The position numbers and the translations under genes were made by a program. A model generated the notes under the pieces. The model saw only the letters and a program-made list of their open reading frames with translations, did no database searches and had not been told where the DNA came from. This document shows positions 37,688 to 47,700 of a DNA stretch of 64,000 nucleotides, in pieces. The DNA is taken from NCBI GenBank assembly GCA_965199825.1, contig OZ241329.1, positions 1,056,001-1,120,000 on the forward strand. The letters run 5' to 3'. How positions within the stretch are numbered: position 1 is the first letter of the stretch; the number at the start of each line of letters is the position of its first letter. The DNA comes from Bdellovibrionales bacterium. GTDB lineage: Bacteria > Bdellovibrionota > Bdellovibrionia > Bdellovibrionales > UBA1609.

Positions 37688-38194
37688 ATGAGAAAAGCAG
37701 CACTCCTCAAAACCCCACTGATGGTCTTGGCCCTGGTGGGTATCATGTACGCGATGAAAAAGTTAAATCGGGGGGCATTTACCCCGGCTATCAACCAAGT
37801 GTTGGGTGTTGAAGACGAGGCTCGTCGAGCAAATCCGGTTCTCCCACATATCATTTGGTGTGATTCAAGAGTGGTTGAAATCGAAAAGCCTGGGGTTTTT
37901 CGACTTTATCAACAAGGTTCAAAGTGGCTGTGGGAGGCTCATAGCAAGTCTCATGAGGTCGATTTCTTAAGTGTCGAAAAGTGGTTTGCCAGTTTTTGCT
38001 CAATCCCGGCGATCCCCGCACCGTCGCAATTAAAGTTTGAGCCCTTTTTGAAGATTAAATTTGTCAATGGCAAGACCGAAGCGTTTACCCGCAAAGGTGA
38101 AATTATCAAATGGATGGACCAAAGTTTTTTGGGTCACGACCTCGACGAAGCATTAAGTGTTCTACAAAAACTCGCAGATGGGAACGCCAGTTGA
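37688..38194 (+). CDS. Membrane-anchored hypothetical protein
   Basis: N-terminal TM segment followed by a soluble domain. Confidence 0.6.
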   Translation: MRKAALLKTPLMVLALVGIMYAMKKLNRGAFTPAINQVLGVEDEARRANPVLPHIIWCDSRVVEIEKPGVFRLYQQGSKWLWEAHSKSHEVDFLSVEKWFASFCSIPAIPAPSQLKFEPFLKIKFVNGKTEAFTRKGEIIKWMDQSFLGHDLDEALSVLQKLADGNAS

Positions 38195-38231
38195 CTTTCA
38201 CCACGTCATTTTTTAAACCTAACTCTCCCGT

Positions 38232-38307
38232 TCAGGCGTAGCTCAGTCGGTAGAGCAGGTGACTGTTAATCACCCTGTCGGCGGTTCGATTCCGTCCGCC
38301 TGAGCCA
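38232..38307 (+). tRNA. tRNA-Asn (GTT)
   Basis: TCAGGCG...CGCCTGA-G-CCA, GGTGA-CT-GTT-AA-TCACC anticodon arm. Confidence 0.97.
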
Positions 38308-38311
38308 ACTT

Positions 38312-38415
38312 ACCTTTTGATGTTTAAAAAAGCGCTGTCCTCGCGAATACACTGCGGAACGCACTTTTTTAAACATCAAAAGGTTTACTTTAAAGTGCTG
38401 TCCTCGCGGGTACAC
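38312..38415. repeat. Long inverted repeat plus a partial direct copy (REP/MITE-like)
   Basis: 24-bp arms 38312-38335 and 38361-38384 (23/24 complementary); 38329-38352 repeated at 38392-38415 (21/24 identical). Confidence 0.75.
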
Positions 38416-38460
38416 CAGTGGGGGCTGTGACAACAATCATGAGAACTCCTAAATTAGGCC

Positions 38461-39075
38461 TTAGTCTTTTATTAGAGCTACCGCTTTTTTGATCTCTTCG
38501 GATCTTGGATCAAAGCCACATCCCGAAATCCTTTTGAGCCAAGATTCTTTGTTTGCCTTCATATCCCAGGGGCCCGATTTTTTTTCGACATTGGTTTTTA
38601 TAATTTCAAATTGAACGTCGATGCTCTTTTTGGCTAAAGCTTCGATCAATGTGGGCTCCGACTTTTCAAGTTTGATCTGCTCAAAATGACTTGGATTCAC
38701 GTTTGATAAATTTCTGCCAAAGGCGCGGTTATTTTCACCGTTAAAAATATCGATATACTCTTTTTGTTTAGACTTAGGCTCTTCGATCAGTGTGAGTCGG
38801 TGCTCATATTTTTGGCGCATGCTCGCAAGGTCGTAAACAATTTCGTTAGCCACGTAAGTGGGACGAGCGGTCATTTTGGCTTGGTAGCTTGAGCCGTCGG
38901 TGTAGGTCATATAACAAAGTTTTGTGGACCCATCACAAATAAAGTAGCCGGAGCTCGGGCGGTATTGATCAACCACAGTGGATGTTAAGGTTTTTTGACA
39001 TTCCAAAATCTTATTTAAGTTTTCGGCCCAGGATTGGAGAGCAAAGAACATAAAAATCAGTGCGCTAGGTTTCAT
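38461..39075 (-). CDS. Secreted hypothetical protein
   Basis: Signal peptide ending SWA, then ECQKTL; four Cys. Confidence 0.6.
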   Translation of the reverse strand: MKPSALIFMFFALQSWAENLNKILECQKTLTSTVVDQYRPSSGYFICDGSTKLCYMTYTDGSSYQAKMTARPTYVANEIVYDLASMRQKYEHRLTLIEEPKSKQKEYIDIFNGENNRAFGRNLSNVNPSHFEQIKLEKSEPTLIEALAKKSIDVQFEIIKTNVEKKSGPWDMKANKESWLKRISGCGFDPRSEEIKKAVALIKD

Positions 39076-39119
39076 ATTTAAGCTCTTTTCTTTTTGTAAG
39101 GTAAACCCAAAATAACTGT

Positions 39120-39533
39120 TTACGGATGAAATTTAAGTCCGTCCAGTGCTTTGCTTACCAACTTGGTATCACCATAAAAAGCAAGGCCAACCAATTTTGT
39201 GTCTTCGTCATTTGTGCTGGCAATCAACTCTAAATTTTCTGACTCTGATTTTGTGGCAAAAAGATTTTCGGTATAAATACCGATTTGGAGATCGCGATCT
39301 TTGGCTCTTTGAAAGGCCCGGTCGATTTCCGATTGGGTTTCGGCTTTATAAATCAGAATCGGCATTTTTATAAATGGCAGGTACTGCTGTTTGGACTGCG
39401 TCACAAAGGGGGCGCCGTGGGTCTCTGGGTTACCGATCGCAACAGCACTAGATAAAAAAGCGACAACGTTCATTTTTTGCCAATCCAGCAGGTCAACACG
39501 AATCACCAGCGCAATTTTTGGATGAGCGATCAT
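39120..39533 (-). CDS. DUF2000 family protein (peptidyl-tRNA hydrolase II-like fold)
   Basis: KIALVIRVDLLDWQKMNVVAFL N-terminus and LVGLAFYG...VSK C-terminus. Confidence 0.75.
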   Translation of the reverse strand: MIAHPKIALVIRVDLLDWQKMNVVAFLSSAVAIGNPETHGAPFVTQSKQQYLPFIKMPILIYKAETQSEIDRAFQRAKDRDLQIGIYTENLFATKSESENLELIASTNDEDTKLVGLAFYGDTKLVSKALDGLKFHP

Positions 39534-40480
39534 TTTTTTATTTCCTTAATCATTTGAATATTGCAGCGCTCATTCGGAGTCGCAGAACTCTCAATTTTTT
39601 TAAACCCAAGTTTGTAGTACAATTGGATCGCTGCAGTGAGCGAGGTGTTGCTTTCAAGATAAATGCGGCTAGCGCCAAGACTCTGAGCCTTTTTTATCGC
39701 AGCCTCGCCTAAAAGGCGACCAATGCTTCTTCCTCTTGCTGCGGGTGCTACTGCCATCTTCATCAGCTCAAATGTTTTTTTTGATTGAGGTTTAAGAGCG
39801 CAAACACCGACCGGGTTGTCGTTGAGTAACGCCACCAGGATTTTGCCGCCCTGATTCAAGATATATTTCTTGGGAAAATTGAGAACCTCGATATCCGGTT
39901 TTTCAAGCCGGAAATGTTGAATGATCCATTGTGTGTTGAGATCGCGAAACGCCGATTTATATTTTGGTAAGTAGTCAATAATCTGGATAACTCCGGATTC
40001 ACGATTTTTTTTGATTCTCTCAACGCGTTCAAAAAATGGGATGCTCACAAGTAATTTTTCCCATTCTTGGAGAGCGGCCCACAGATTATGGAAGGCCTTG
40101 CTCTCCATTTCAGAAATCGCGTTTTCAACATCGGTGTATTGCAGCTGCATCTGTTGAGCGAGCTTTCGGCCATGATCTGAAAGATCAATTAAATTTCGTC
40201 GACCATCTTTTTTGTCGGGCTTACTCCTAATCAAATTTGCGGTGAGCATTTCGTTTAGGATTCGCCCAGCCGACACATGAGAATGCCCAATTGCATTTGC
40301 AATTTCAGCTGCCGAACTTTGTTTTTGTTGAGACAAAAAATAAAACGTAGAGAACCATTTTGGCTCGAGCTCGTTGCCGTAGAGCGCGTAGATTTTTTTA
40401 GCGTCATCGGCAAATAATTCGCCCAAATGCCGCAGTCGTGAGCCAAGACTCATTTTGCCGGTCTGATCATAAAATTTCAT
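39530..40480 (-). CDS. MarR-type HTH / GNAT acetyltransferase fusion
   Basis: LGSRLR, DKKDGRR wing, ELMKMAV..ARGRSIG, LYYKLGF. Confidence 0.88.
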   Translation of the reverse strand: MKFYDQTGKMSLGSRLRHLGELFADDAKKIYALYGNELEPKWFSTFYFLSQQKQSSAAEIANAIGHSHVSAGRILNEMLTANLIRSKPDKKDGRRNLIDLSDHGRKLAQQMQLQYTDVENAISEMESKAFHNLWAALQEWEKLLVSIPFFERVERIKKNRESGVIQIIDYLPKYKSAFRDLNTQWIIQHFRLEKPDIEVLNFPKKYILNQGGKILVALLNDNPVGVCALKPQSKKTFELMKMAVAPAARGRSIGRLLGEAAIKKAQSLGASRIYLESNTSLTAAIQLYYKLGFKKIESSATPNERCNIQMIKEIKK

Positions 40481-40533
40481 GGTTTTTTATGTAACTGGTT
40501 ACGTAATTTGTAAAGGGTTTTTGGCTGTTTTAT

Positions 40534-41643
40534 TTATTTATCTGTGGGTGGGTTTAAAAGATTCGTTTCGGTTATCGGCTCTTCAATATTTAAAACGTTT
40601 AGAGTTCTTGTTAGATAATCAGTGCACAAACGCGCTCCAATCTTTATCAGGTCTTTCGACAAAGTGACTGAACGCGACAACACCGGATTTGTGACCTGCG
40701 CATGTTGAATCGCAATTTCAACCGTGGGCTTTAATATTTTTGTAGGGATTTCTGCCGCAATATGAGTTTGAGCGTTTGAGCGGCCTAGACGTATTTGTCG
40801 CAGCTCCCAAAGTTCATCAACCTTGGTGTGAGAGCTGCGAAGCTCCCATTCTCTTTGAGGCATCTTGGCGTTGGGCTCTTTATAAAGATTAAACCAATGA
40901 AGGGTGTTTGGATCTTTGTCCCAATTGCTCATCCTCCAAAAAAGATTCCATTGGATTTGGCGAGCGAAATGAGGATGCTCGCTATAAAGCTCATCAATAA
41001 ACAGATCCATAAACTCCAATCCGAGTGCTGGATATTTTCGGGTACGCAAAGGTTTGCCATTGTTGCGTGCAAACCATTGCCCTTGATACTCATCATATTC
41101 TGGCCGGTAGTTGTTTAGATTGCGAAGAAAAGTGGATTCGTCCTCGACCCACGCGAGAGGCAAATTTAATTTTTTGGCGAGGCGATTTTCGGCGCGAGCA
41201 ATGATGTCGGCAACATGCAACGACCATTCTTGATTTGTTTGGTCGATCGCACTGACTTCAATCAATCGTTGGCGAGTTTTAGGATTTTGCATGCGGGCCT
41301 CATATTCTGCCACGCTGTAATATTCAGGACGAATTTGTCGAAGAAGATCAGGATTTGCAGCCAGCTGAATTTCGACCTTTTTTAAGAAATCGGTAAAACA
41401 AAAATTCGGTAAAATTCTAAGGTCGATATTTTGTCTGGTAAGAAGATCAAGAAAATTTCGTTCCGATGCGAGCTCCGCAGTGCGATCAGCAAGATAAGTC
41501 GAGGCTTGTTGAGGTGAGATTAAAACATGTGATGAAATGACAACGGCTGCGCTGCCAGCAAGAACCTGCCGGCGTGAGAGTTCGATAGCTTCAACTTTTA
41601 AAAAAAAGAGTAGTAAAAACAAAACTTTTCCCCACCAGAACAT
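40534..41643 (-). CDS. Secreted hypothetical protein with an internal twin-arginine-like motif
   Basis: ATG at 41643 gives MFWWGKVLFLLLFFLKVEA followed by LSRRQVLAGSAA; near-terminal LCTDYL (ORF opens at 41679). Confidence 0.6.
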   Translation of the reverse strand: MFWWGKVLFLLLFFLKVEAIELSRRQVLAGSAAVVISSHVLISPQQASTYLADRTAELASERNFLDLLTRQNIDLRILPNFCFTDFLKKVEIQLAANPDLLRQIRPEYYSVAEYEARMQNPKTRQRLIEVSAIDQTNQEWSLHVADIIARAENRLAKKLNLPLAWVEDESTFLRNLNNYRPEYDEYQGQWFARNNGKPLRTRKYPALGLEFMDLFIDELYSEHPHFARQIQWNLFWRMSNWDKDPNTLHWFNLYKEPNAKMPQREWELRSSHTKVDELWELRQIRLGRSNAQTHIAAEIPTKILKPTVEIAIQHAQVTNPVLSRSVTLSKDLIKIGARLCTDYLTRTLNVLNIEEPITETNLLNPPTDK

Positions 41644-41684
41644 TGAGAGGAAGTTGCAGTAATTCAATTTGAGATTCAAATCAA

Positions 41685-44600
41685 TTAGCGTTTTTTATTT
41701 TTGCCGTAGAGGTCTTTCATCGCTTGAAAAATCGATCCTTCATCAGGATTTAATTGGGTAAAATCAAACCAGCTTATTTGATTGCTGAGATCACGGATAG
41801 CTTGCGAAAATTCGCCCGTACCCCACGTTCCGCTTGACCACTCAACATAGCCCATATGCTGGACGATTTCTGAGAGAGAATTCATCGCATTGATTGTTGC
41901 TGCAGTATCAAAGGATCCACTATCGCCAGCTCCATAAACAAATTTGTTAGAGTTTTGATATTTTTGGTCGGCCAAGATTTCGCCGGCTTTGATGTATCCT
42001 TTTGAATCTGTATTCCCACCGCCTAAAAATGTGTCCCAGATTTTAGGCTCAAAATACTCATAAGCATTGTCGTCAAATCCAACAAATCTCACATCCACAT
42101 CTTTATACTTCGCGCGAATAAAGCTCACGATTTGATAAATTAACTGCTTCACCCTTTGCTGAGGAAGGCCCTTCATGCTTCCAGTCAAATCTAAAACAAA
42201 AACAACCACCGCCGACATTTCGGGATGAGGAATGATCTCACGAGATCGAATAAAATATTCTTCCATGGGCATCGTTTTAAATCCGAGTTTCATAATCCTA
42301 CGGATTTCCCCAATTCGATTTTGAGGCGGCGAACTGTTTGGCTCCATTTTGTCTCGAGCAAGACCCCACATGAAAGCTTCTTCGGCTGTTCTATCCATTA
42401 CCATTGGATCGCCTTCTCGTTGAACCGAGCCGGCACGCGAATCATCCATAATAAAGCTTTTATCTCCAATTGGACGGAGATTTGGTAGCTCAAGCTCCTG
42501 GTGAAGAAGCTTGCCCCATTCTTCAAGGGGGATCTCAACTTCAGATGGATCTTTACCAGCACCGTCGAACTTGTCTGGTTTTTCTTCTGATTCTTTTACT
42601 TCATCCGCATCCTTCTCGGCAGATTCATCGTCGGATTTTTCTGCTTCATCTTCCGATTTTTCTTGTGAGCTTTTTCCTTTTTTACCTGACTTTTTATCAT
42701 CAACCAGATCTCCAGGAATATGAGTACCGGTACCAAGTTCAACCCCATCATCTTGATCGATAGGACCGTTCTTATCGTAGTCATCATCAACGGGGGCAGG
42801 CGGCAAATCTTTAATTTTTTGTTGTCGTGCTGAAAGGTCCAAAGAAAATTCAGGTATGATCGGAAGAACTCGAAGCGCCACGCCTTTTGCAGTTGTGCGA
42901 ATGCCTTGTCCCTTTTCTAATGCGCGACGAATTGCCCGAGGGATCCGAACCTCTAAAGATTTAGCCAACTCCACCATTGCCGCCGCGGCGGTTGGCGAAT
43001 GTGAAATGGTTGAGGTTGCGGGTTCAACAACGCTGCTCACTATCGCTGCAACTGCATCTTTGTTTCTTGCTTCAAAAATTTTAAGTAAATCATCGTTCAA
43101 CGAAGAGTCGAGATCCTCTCTGTAATAGTCGATTGCTGCTTTACTGAGTTTGGTGAGATCTTCATACATTTTTCCAGAAACCGGATCAGTAACGATCGCA
43201 TTTCCAGCAGGATCGACAGTGATACGAATAGGGAAAGTGGAAATTTCAGCGGGTGGCGGAGGTGGACCAAAAAATGTGGCAAAATGTTTTGGTGGAGGAA
43301 CACCCCATGCTGAAGATCCTATGGTGTCGAGCGAAACTTGCTTTTTCCATAGTTTAGCAAAAACAAAAAGTGTTTGGGCCGCCGTAATTCGAGCTAAAGG
43401 AATGTCTTCAAACACTTCATGTTTATATAAAACTTCTGTGCCACCCAAATGCTGCTCGTCGTACAAATGAATTCGCGGGACCTGAAGTGGGCGGTAGGCA
43501 ATCTGCCGCGCAATGAATTTTAGGATGCGCTCATGATTATTAAAATTAGAAAGTATAATTTTCTTCTCTTTATATTCGGTATTGCCAACGGGTACGTCGT
43601 CGATTTCTGCTTTACGCTTTAATACTAATTTGTTTCGAGCAATCCAATTACGATCAAATGCTTGACGAATAAATTTTGTGTTATCCGATTGCTCAATCAT
43701 TGGCATAAGCACTTGAGTGACAAACTTTCGATCGCGCTCAAATGGAGTAAATTCTTTGAGTTCCGGTTTTAAAATAAATTGAGTCCACATATTCCAACAT
43801 CCGTTAAGGCCCACCCAATAAGGATTTTTAAGGTCTGGAATCGCAACGTTTTGAATAAGATTGGCAAGATCAACGATGTCATTAGAGGTGATATATTTAG
43901 AATGTCGCGCAATTAAAAATTGCGAAAAGGTTGCAACACCTTCGTTTAAAATCTTTGTATGCATCATAAATCCATCAGATCTACGAATTTGCTCGATCAA
44001 ATCGGCCATTTGATGAACCCAAGGAGGAAAATCCTTGGGCATATTTCCAACATAATATTGTATTGCGCTTGGGGTTGGTGATGTAGGCTTTCTGATTCCT
44101 TTTTTTGGATCAGGATCTTTGATGTTTTTAAAACTTTCGGGCGATTGATAGCTGCCCATCGCAAGGTCTTGCATGTGTGCCATGCTCAGCAGAAGTTGAT
44201 AATAGTATTTTACAAACTCTGGATCATACTTATCGTAGAGCTCAGACATCAGATGTGAAAGTTTGAGGCTCGCAACCACAGCATCGCCACCACGGACGGC
44301 TTGATACATAGATGTCCCAGCCACAAGATTATGTCCAAGCACGTGCATCATCACAGAAATATTATGACTGACTTTTGTATTGTCACGATAGAAGCCTCGG
44401 CAGGTTGGGCAGCCTGGAGTTACAAATTCTAAAACACCCGCTAAGGTTTTGCGGCCGTCTAAAATCTTTTTTCCTTCAATCTCATGTGGAGCGGCGTACC
44501 CTCCGACGGAAGCAAGCTCAGAAATTTGCTCCGAGCTTGCAAAATTTAATTGATGTGGTGGAAGGTTGAATCCAAGATTAAGCGCGATTTGGGTGACATG

Positions 44601-44777
44601 TTCTAAGGCGGCTTTCAATTCAGGTATTGAATGAGCATCGCGCCCGCTTGGAATAATTTGGTCGCTGGCATTTTTGTCTAATATGGCTTCGCACACGCGC
44701 TGTCGAAGTTGATGGTCATCTAAATAATTTGGTTCCACGGCATAAACAAAACTTAAAAATAAAAGAAACACGATCAT
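41685..44777 (-). CDS. SpoVR (YcgB)::YeaH/YhbH (DUF444, VWA-like) fusion with signal peptide
   Basis: SpoVR motifs MMHVLGHN, TKILNEG, NPYWVG; YeaH motifs ELELPNL, AVVVFVLDLTGSM, VRFV, GGGN; N-terminus MIVFLLFLSFVYA. Confidence 0.85.
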   Translation of the reverse strand: MIVFLLFLSFVYAVEPNYLDDHQLRQRVCEAILDKNASDQIIPSGRDAHSIPELKAALEHVTQIALNLGFNLPPHQLNFASSEQISELASVGGYAAPHEIEGKKILDGRKTLAGVLEFVTPGCPTCRGFYRDNTKVSHNISVMMHVLGHNLVAGTSMYQAVRGGDAVVASLKLSHLMSELYDKYDPEFVKYYYQLLLSMAHMQDLAMGSYQSPESFKNIKDPDPKKGIRKPTSPTPSAIQYYVGNMPKDFPPWVHQMADLIEQIRRSDGFMMHTKILNEGVATFSQFLIARHSKYITSNDIVDLANLIQNVAIPDLKNPYWVGLNGCWNMWTQFILKPELKEFTPFERDRKFVTQVLMPMIEQSDNTKFIRQAFDRNWIARNKLVLKRKAEIDDVPVGNTEYKEKKIILSNFNNHERILKFIARQIAYRPLQVPRIHLYDEQHLGGTEVLYKHEVFEDIPLARITAAQTLFVFAKLWKKQVSLDTIGSSAWGVPPPKHFATFFGPPPPPAEISTFPIRITVDPAGNAIVTDPVSGKMYEDLTKLSKAAIDYYREDLDSSLNDDLLKIFEARNKDAVAAIVSSVVEPATSTISHSPTAAAAMVELAKSLEVRIPRAIRRALEKGQGIRTTAKGVALRVLPIIPEFSLDLSARQQKIKDLPPAPVDDDYDKNGPIDQDDGVELGTGTHIPGDLVDDKKSGKKGKSSQEKSEDEAEKSDDESAEKDADEVKESEEKPDKFDGAGKDPSEVEIPLEEWGKLLHQELELPNLRPIGDKSFIMDDSRAGSVQREGDPMVMDRTAEEAFMWGLARDKMEPNSSPPQNRIGEIRRIMKLGFKTMPMEEYFIRSREIIPHPEMSAVVVFVLDLTGSMKGLPQQRVKQLIYQIVSFIRAKYKDVDVRFVGFDDNAYEYFEPKIWDTFLGGGNTDSKGYIKAGEILADQKYQNSNKFVYGAGDSGSFDTAATINAMNSLSEIVQHMGYVEWSSGTWGTGEFSQAIRDLSNQISWFDFTQLNPDEGSIFQAMKDLYGKNKKR

Positions 44778-44783
44778 CGATGT

Positions 44784-47700
44784 TTATCCTCCGTGAACTA
44801 TAAGCATTTTTTCGCAAGAATCGTTAAAGCGTGTATTCACCCGTTCCATGGCCTCATTGCTCAAGGCTTTTCGGGAATCAGAAGTGATGAGCATCTGATC
44901 TAAAAGATCGATTGTTCGTGGGCGAAGTAACGAGTTGCGATCTTCAAATAAAAAATCTTGTAGTCCTGAAAGTTGACCAATCACCATATTTTGAGCGGAG
45001 GTACTTAAAGCTTTTATGACAAACTCGTTAAGATTCGACCAAGGGAGAGTTACGATTGCGCGGTCAATGATCCACAAGAACATTCTGTTGGCGTCGTAAA
45101 CTCCTAAACTTTCAACATTTGCACCGGTCTGCTTTTCTGCAATGGATTCACTCTGTGTCTCAATTAAATAGGATTGAAGCAGTTCGGCAAGCTTGCGAAA
45201 GATGTCTTTAGTGCGATCGGTTTTTTGAGCCGACATCGAGCGTGCCCAGATATCGTCTGCTGGGAAAGATTTAAGTGACCCGAGCTGAAAGCGCTCAGTT
45301 AAGTAGACAGCCAATAAGTCTTTTACTTTTTCGACATATAAAGAATTGAGCTGTGAACGCGTGCGTTTTTGTGAGGACACATAGCTACTATCCCAAAGCG
45401 AAAGATATTGATTAAAATCATAGGACGAGAAAATTTTAGGAAAATAACTCTCCCTCGGTGCAATTTCATAAATACGATTCAAAAGATCTTTTCTTTCGAG
45501 TTCGGAGTGAGCACCAAAATGCAATGGATCTAAATTTATTTGGGATAGCGGTATGTTCGAATGAAGGCGAACAACGTGATCATAAATAGCCTGTTCGCTC
45601 CACGCTAATAAATTGCTTTGCCGAATTTCATCACCCGAAAAAAATGGATGAAACCGCAAGGCCCGTGCAAATTCCTCATAAATTTTTGTCCTAAAGGACT
45701 GAGCCACCAATTTTAAAAATTGCAGTTGGCCTTCAATACTTTCGACTACAGGCACGACCGCTGAATTCGCAGCTATGAAATCAATGATTCCCTGCTCACC
45801 ACTGACGTTGGCCGATTTGCTGCCACCGAGATGGCTATTATTTGCTGAAGTCGCAGGGACCACAATACGGAGCGGAGGTGCGTTGGTCGATCCCGCTCGA
45901 TCTATTAAAGCTGCAATTCCCCCGGCAGCACCCGACAAAAATGTTCGCGCATCCATTCCTTGAAATTCATCAACAATTTTCTGAACACTTTCATTCGACA
46001 CCAGGAGCAGTTGACCCTGAGCAAAAATATCTCGGGCTTGTCGCACCATTGCGCCAGTCAGCGCTGGGCCTTTGGCTTCAGCAGGAAATTCATCCATGTT
46101 TTTGATCAAGGTCCAACGTGTAAAGAAAGATTTGTCTGTACTCGCTGCATCCTCGCCGCCAAGTGAGGCGACTGCAATTTCAACAGGGGTTGCTGCTCCA
46201 TACGTTGAATTTTTGAATTGTTCGATTTTTTTCTTATTGTCGGTGGGATTAAAAGTTAAAAATAGTACGATATTGCGTGAAGGAAACTCAACGATCTCTC
46301 CTTTTGAATTGTTCACTTTTACGATGCCACCTTCGGCATCAAAAAGCTGTCGCACTCGTTGTAATACCTTTGTTCGCACTTTGGGATTAGGACCCTGGGC
46401 ATCATCTATAAGAATCCACATTCGATTTCCGTTTGGACCTGATAGAGCATCTTCAAAACGGGCGAGAGCTTTATCCACATTAATAAGCCCATTGCCGCTT
46501 TCACTGTCTGTAAGCTTGGTGACCTGAAGTATAAACGCCTGTGCAGAAAGATTATTTGAAGAGCCAAGCTCTTGAGTCCAATCATACATCTGTAAGCCCA
46601 GGGTCTTCACCAGCGATGTAAACATCGACGTCTTTCCAGTACCCGTCTCGCCAAATAAAACAACTGAGGCTGGTATATTGCGAGCCTCGATTCGACGAGT
46701 TTGCCCTTTAATGGTTTCAATCACCTGTCGGGTTAAAGTGAAATCTCCTGCGTACTCACCAATGTTATGAACATCGAGCAAAATTTCTTTTGAAAACAAA
46801 TGATTGAGCCAATCATCTGGAGCCAAATTTTCGCGCTGGAGTGATCCGCCAAAGACTTGAGCCAAAACTTTTTCGATAAAAATCCGGTCGATGAGTTTTC
46901 GGTTACGAGTTTGATCATCTTGCAGCAAGGTTAATCGCATTTTGTGCAGAACATCTGCTAAGGCCATCAAATGATTTTTATTTTGATCAGTCGACAGAGA
47001 GTTGACGCGTGAAATGAGATAATCAGTGACGCTATCTTGAGCTTCAAGTTGGGTGAGTGAGGCATCATCTGACCGGATCGACTTTGCGCTAAACGTATAA
47101 TCGCGACGTTGAACTTCTCGCGAATTAAAAATTTCTTTTATAAGCCCTTGTTGAGCTTCGATGTTTGGAGCGGTTATAGTAACCAACTCAAAATGGCTTA
47201 CGAGCCCATAACTCGATTCAAGTCGTGCTTGTTCTTTTATCAGATTTGCCCACTCTGATTCTGATGCAAGAATAATTGTCGAATACAATTGGGGTTGGGC
47301 TTGAGTCGCAAATTTTTCGATATCTATTCTGCGACCTTCAGTCGCCACCCAGTACAGAGCATGCGGAGGAGTTTTTGAGCTCTCGCCATGAGCACCAGAA
47401 AAAACTTTTTCAGCCTTAGCATCGTCACTGTATTGATCATCATTAATGTGAAACACCGTTGAACTGTCATTTTCACCAGAGCTGATGCGATTCATAGCTA
47501 TAAGGTCCGCAGCATCCACTAGCAGTATCGCATTTTTTCTGGGTGCTTCGTCTTCAATTCCATTGAGCAACTGGATCAAGTCGGCTTGATCGGAAGGGTC
47601 GGTGTTGCGAAAGACGAAAGTTTCAATGTCCCTATTTCTGCGTCCAAAGATATTTCTTTCTCCCTTTGATTGAAGGTAATGAGACCAAAGCATTTTTGAA

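Noticed and set aside
6445..38307. Intact genomic islands at the four tRNAs
   Set aside because: No integrase and no duplicated tRNA 3' end (att site) were spotted in the window.
42590..42700. Low-complexity purine-skewed tract
   Set aside because: It encodes the charged linker in the YeaH part of the fusion and stays in frame.
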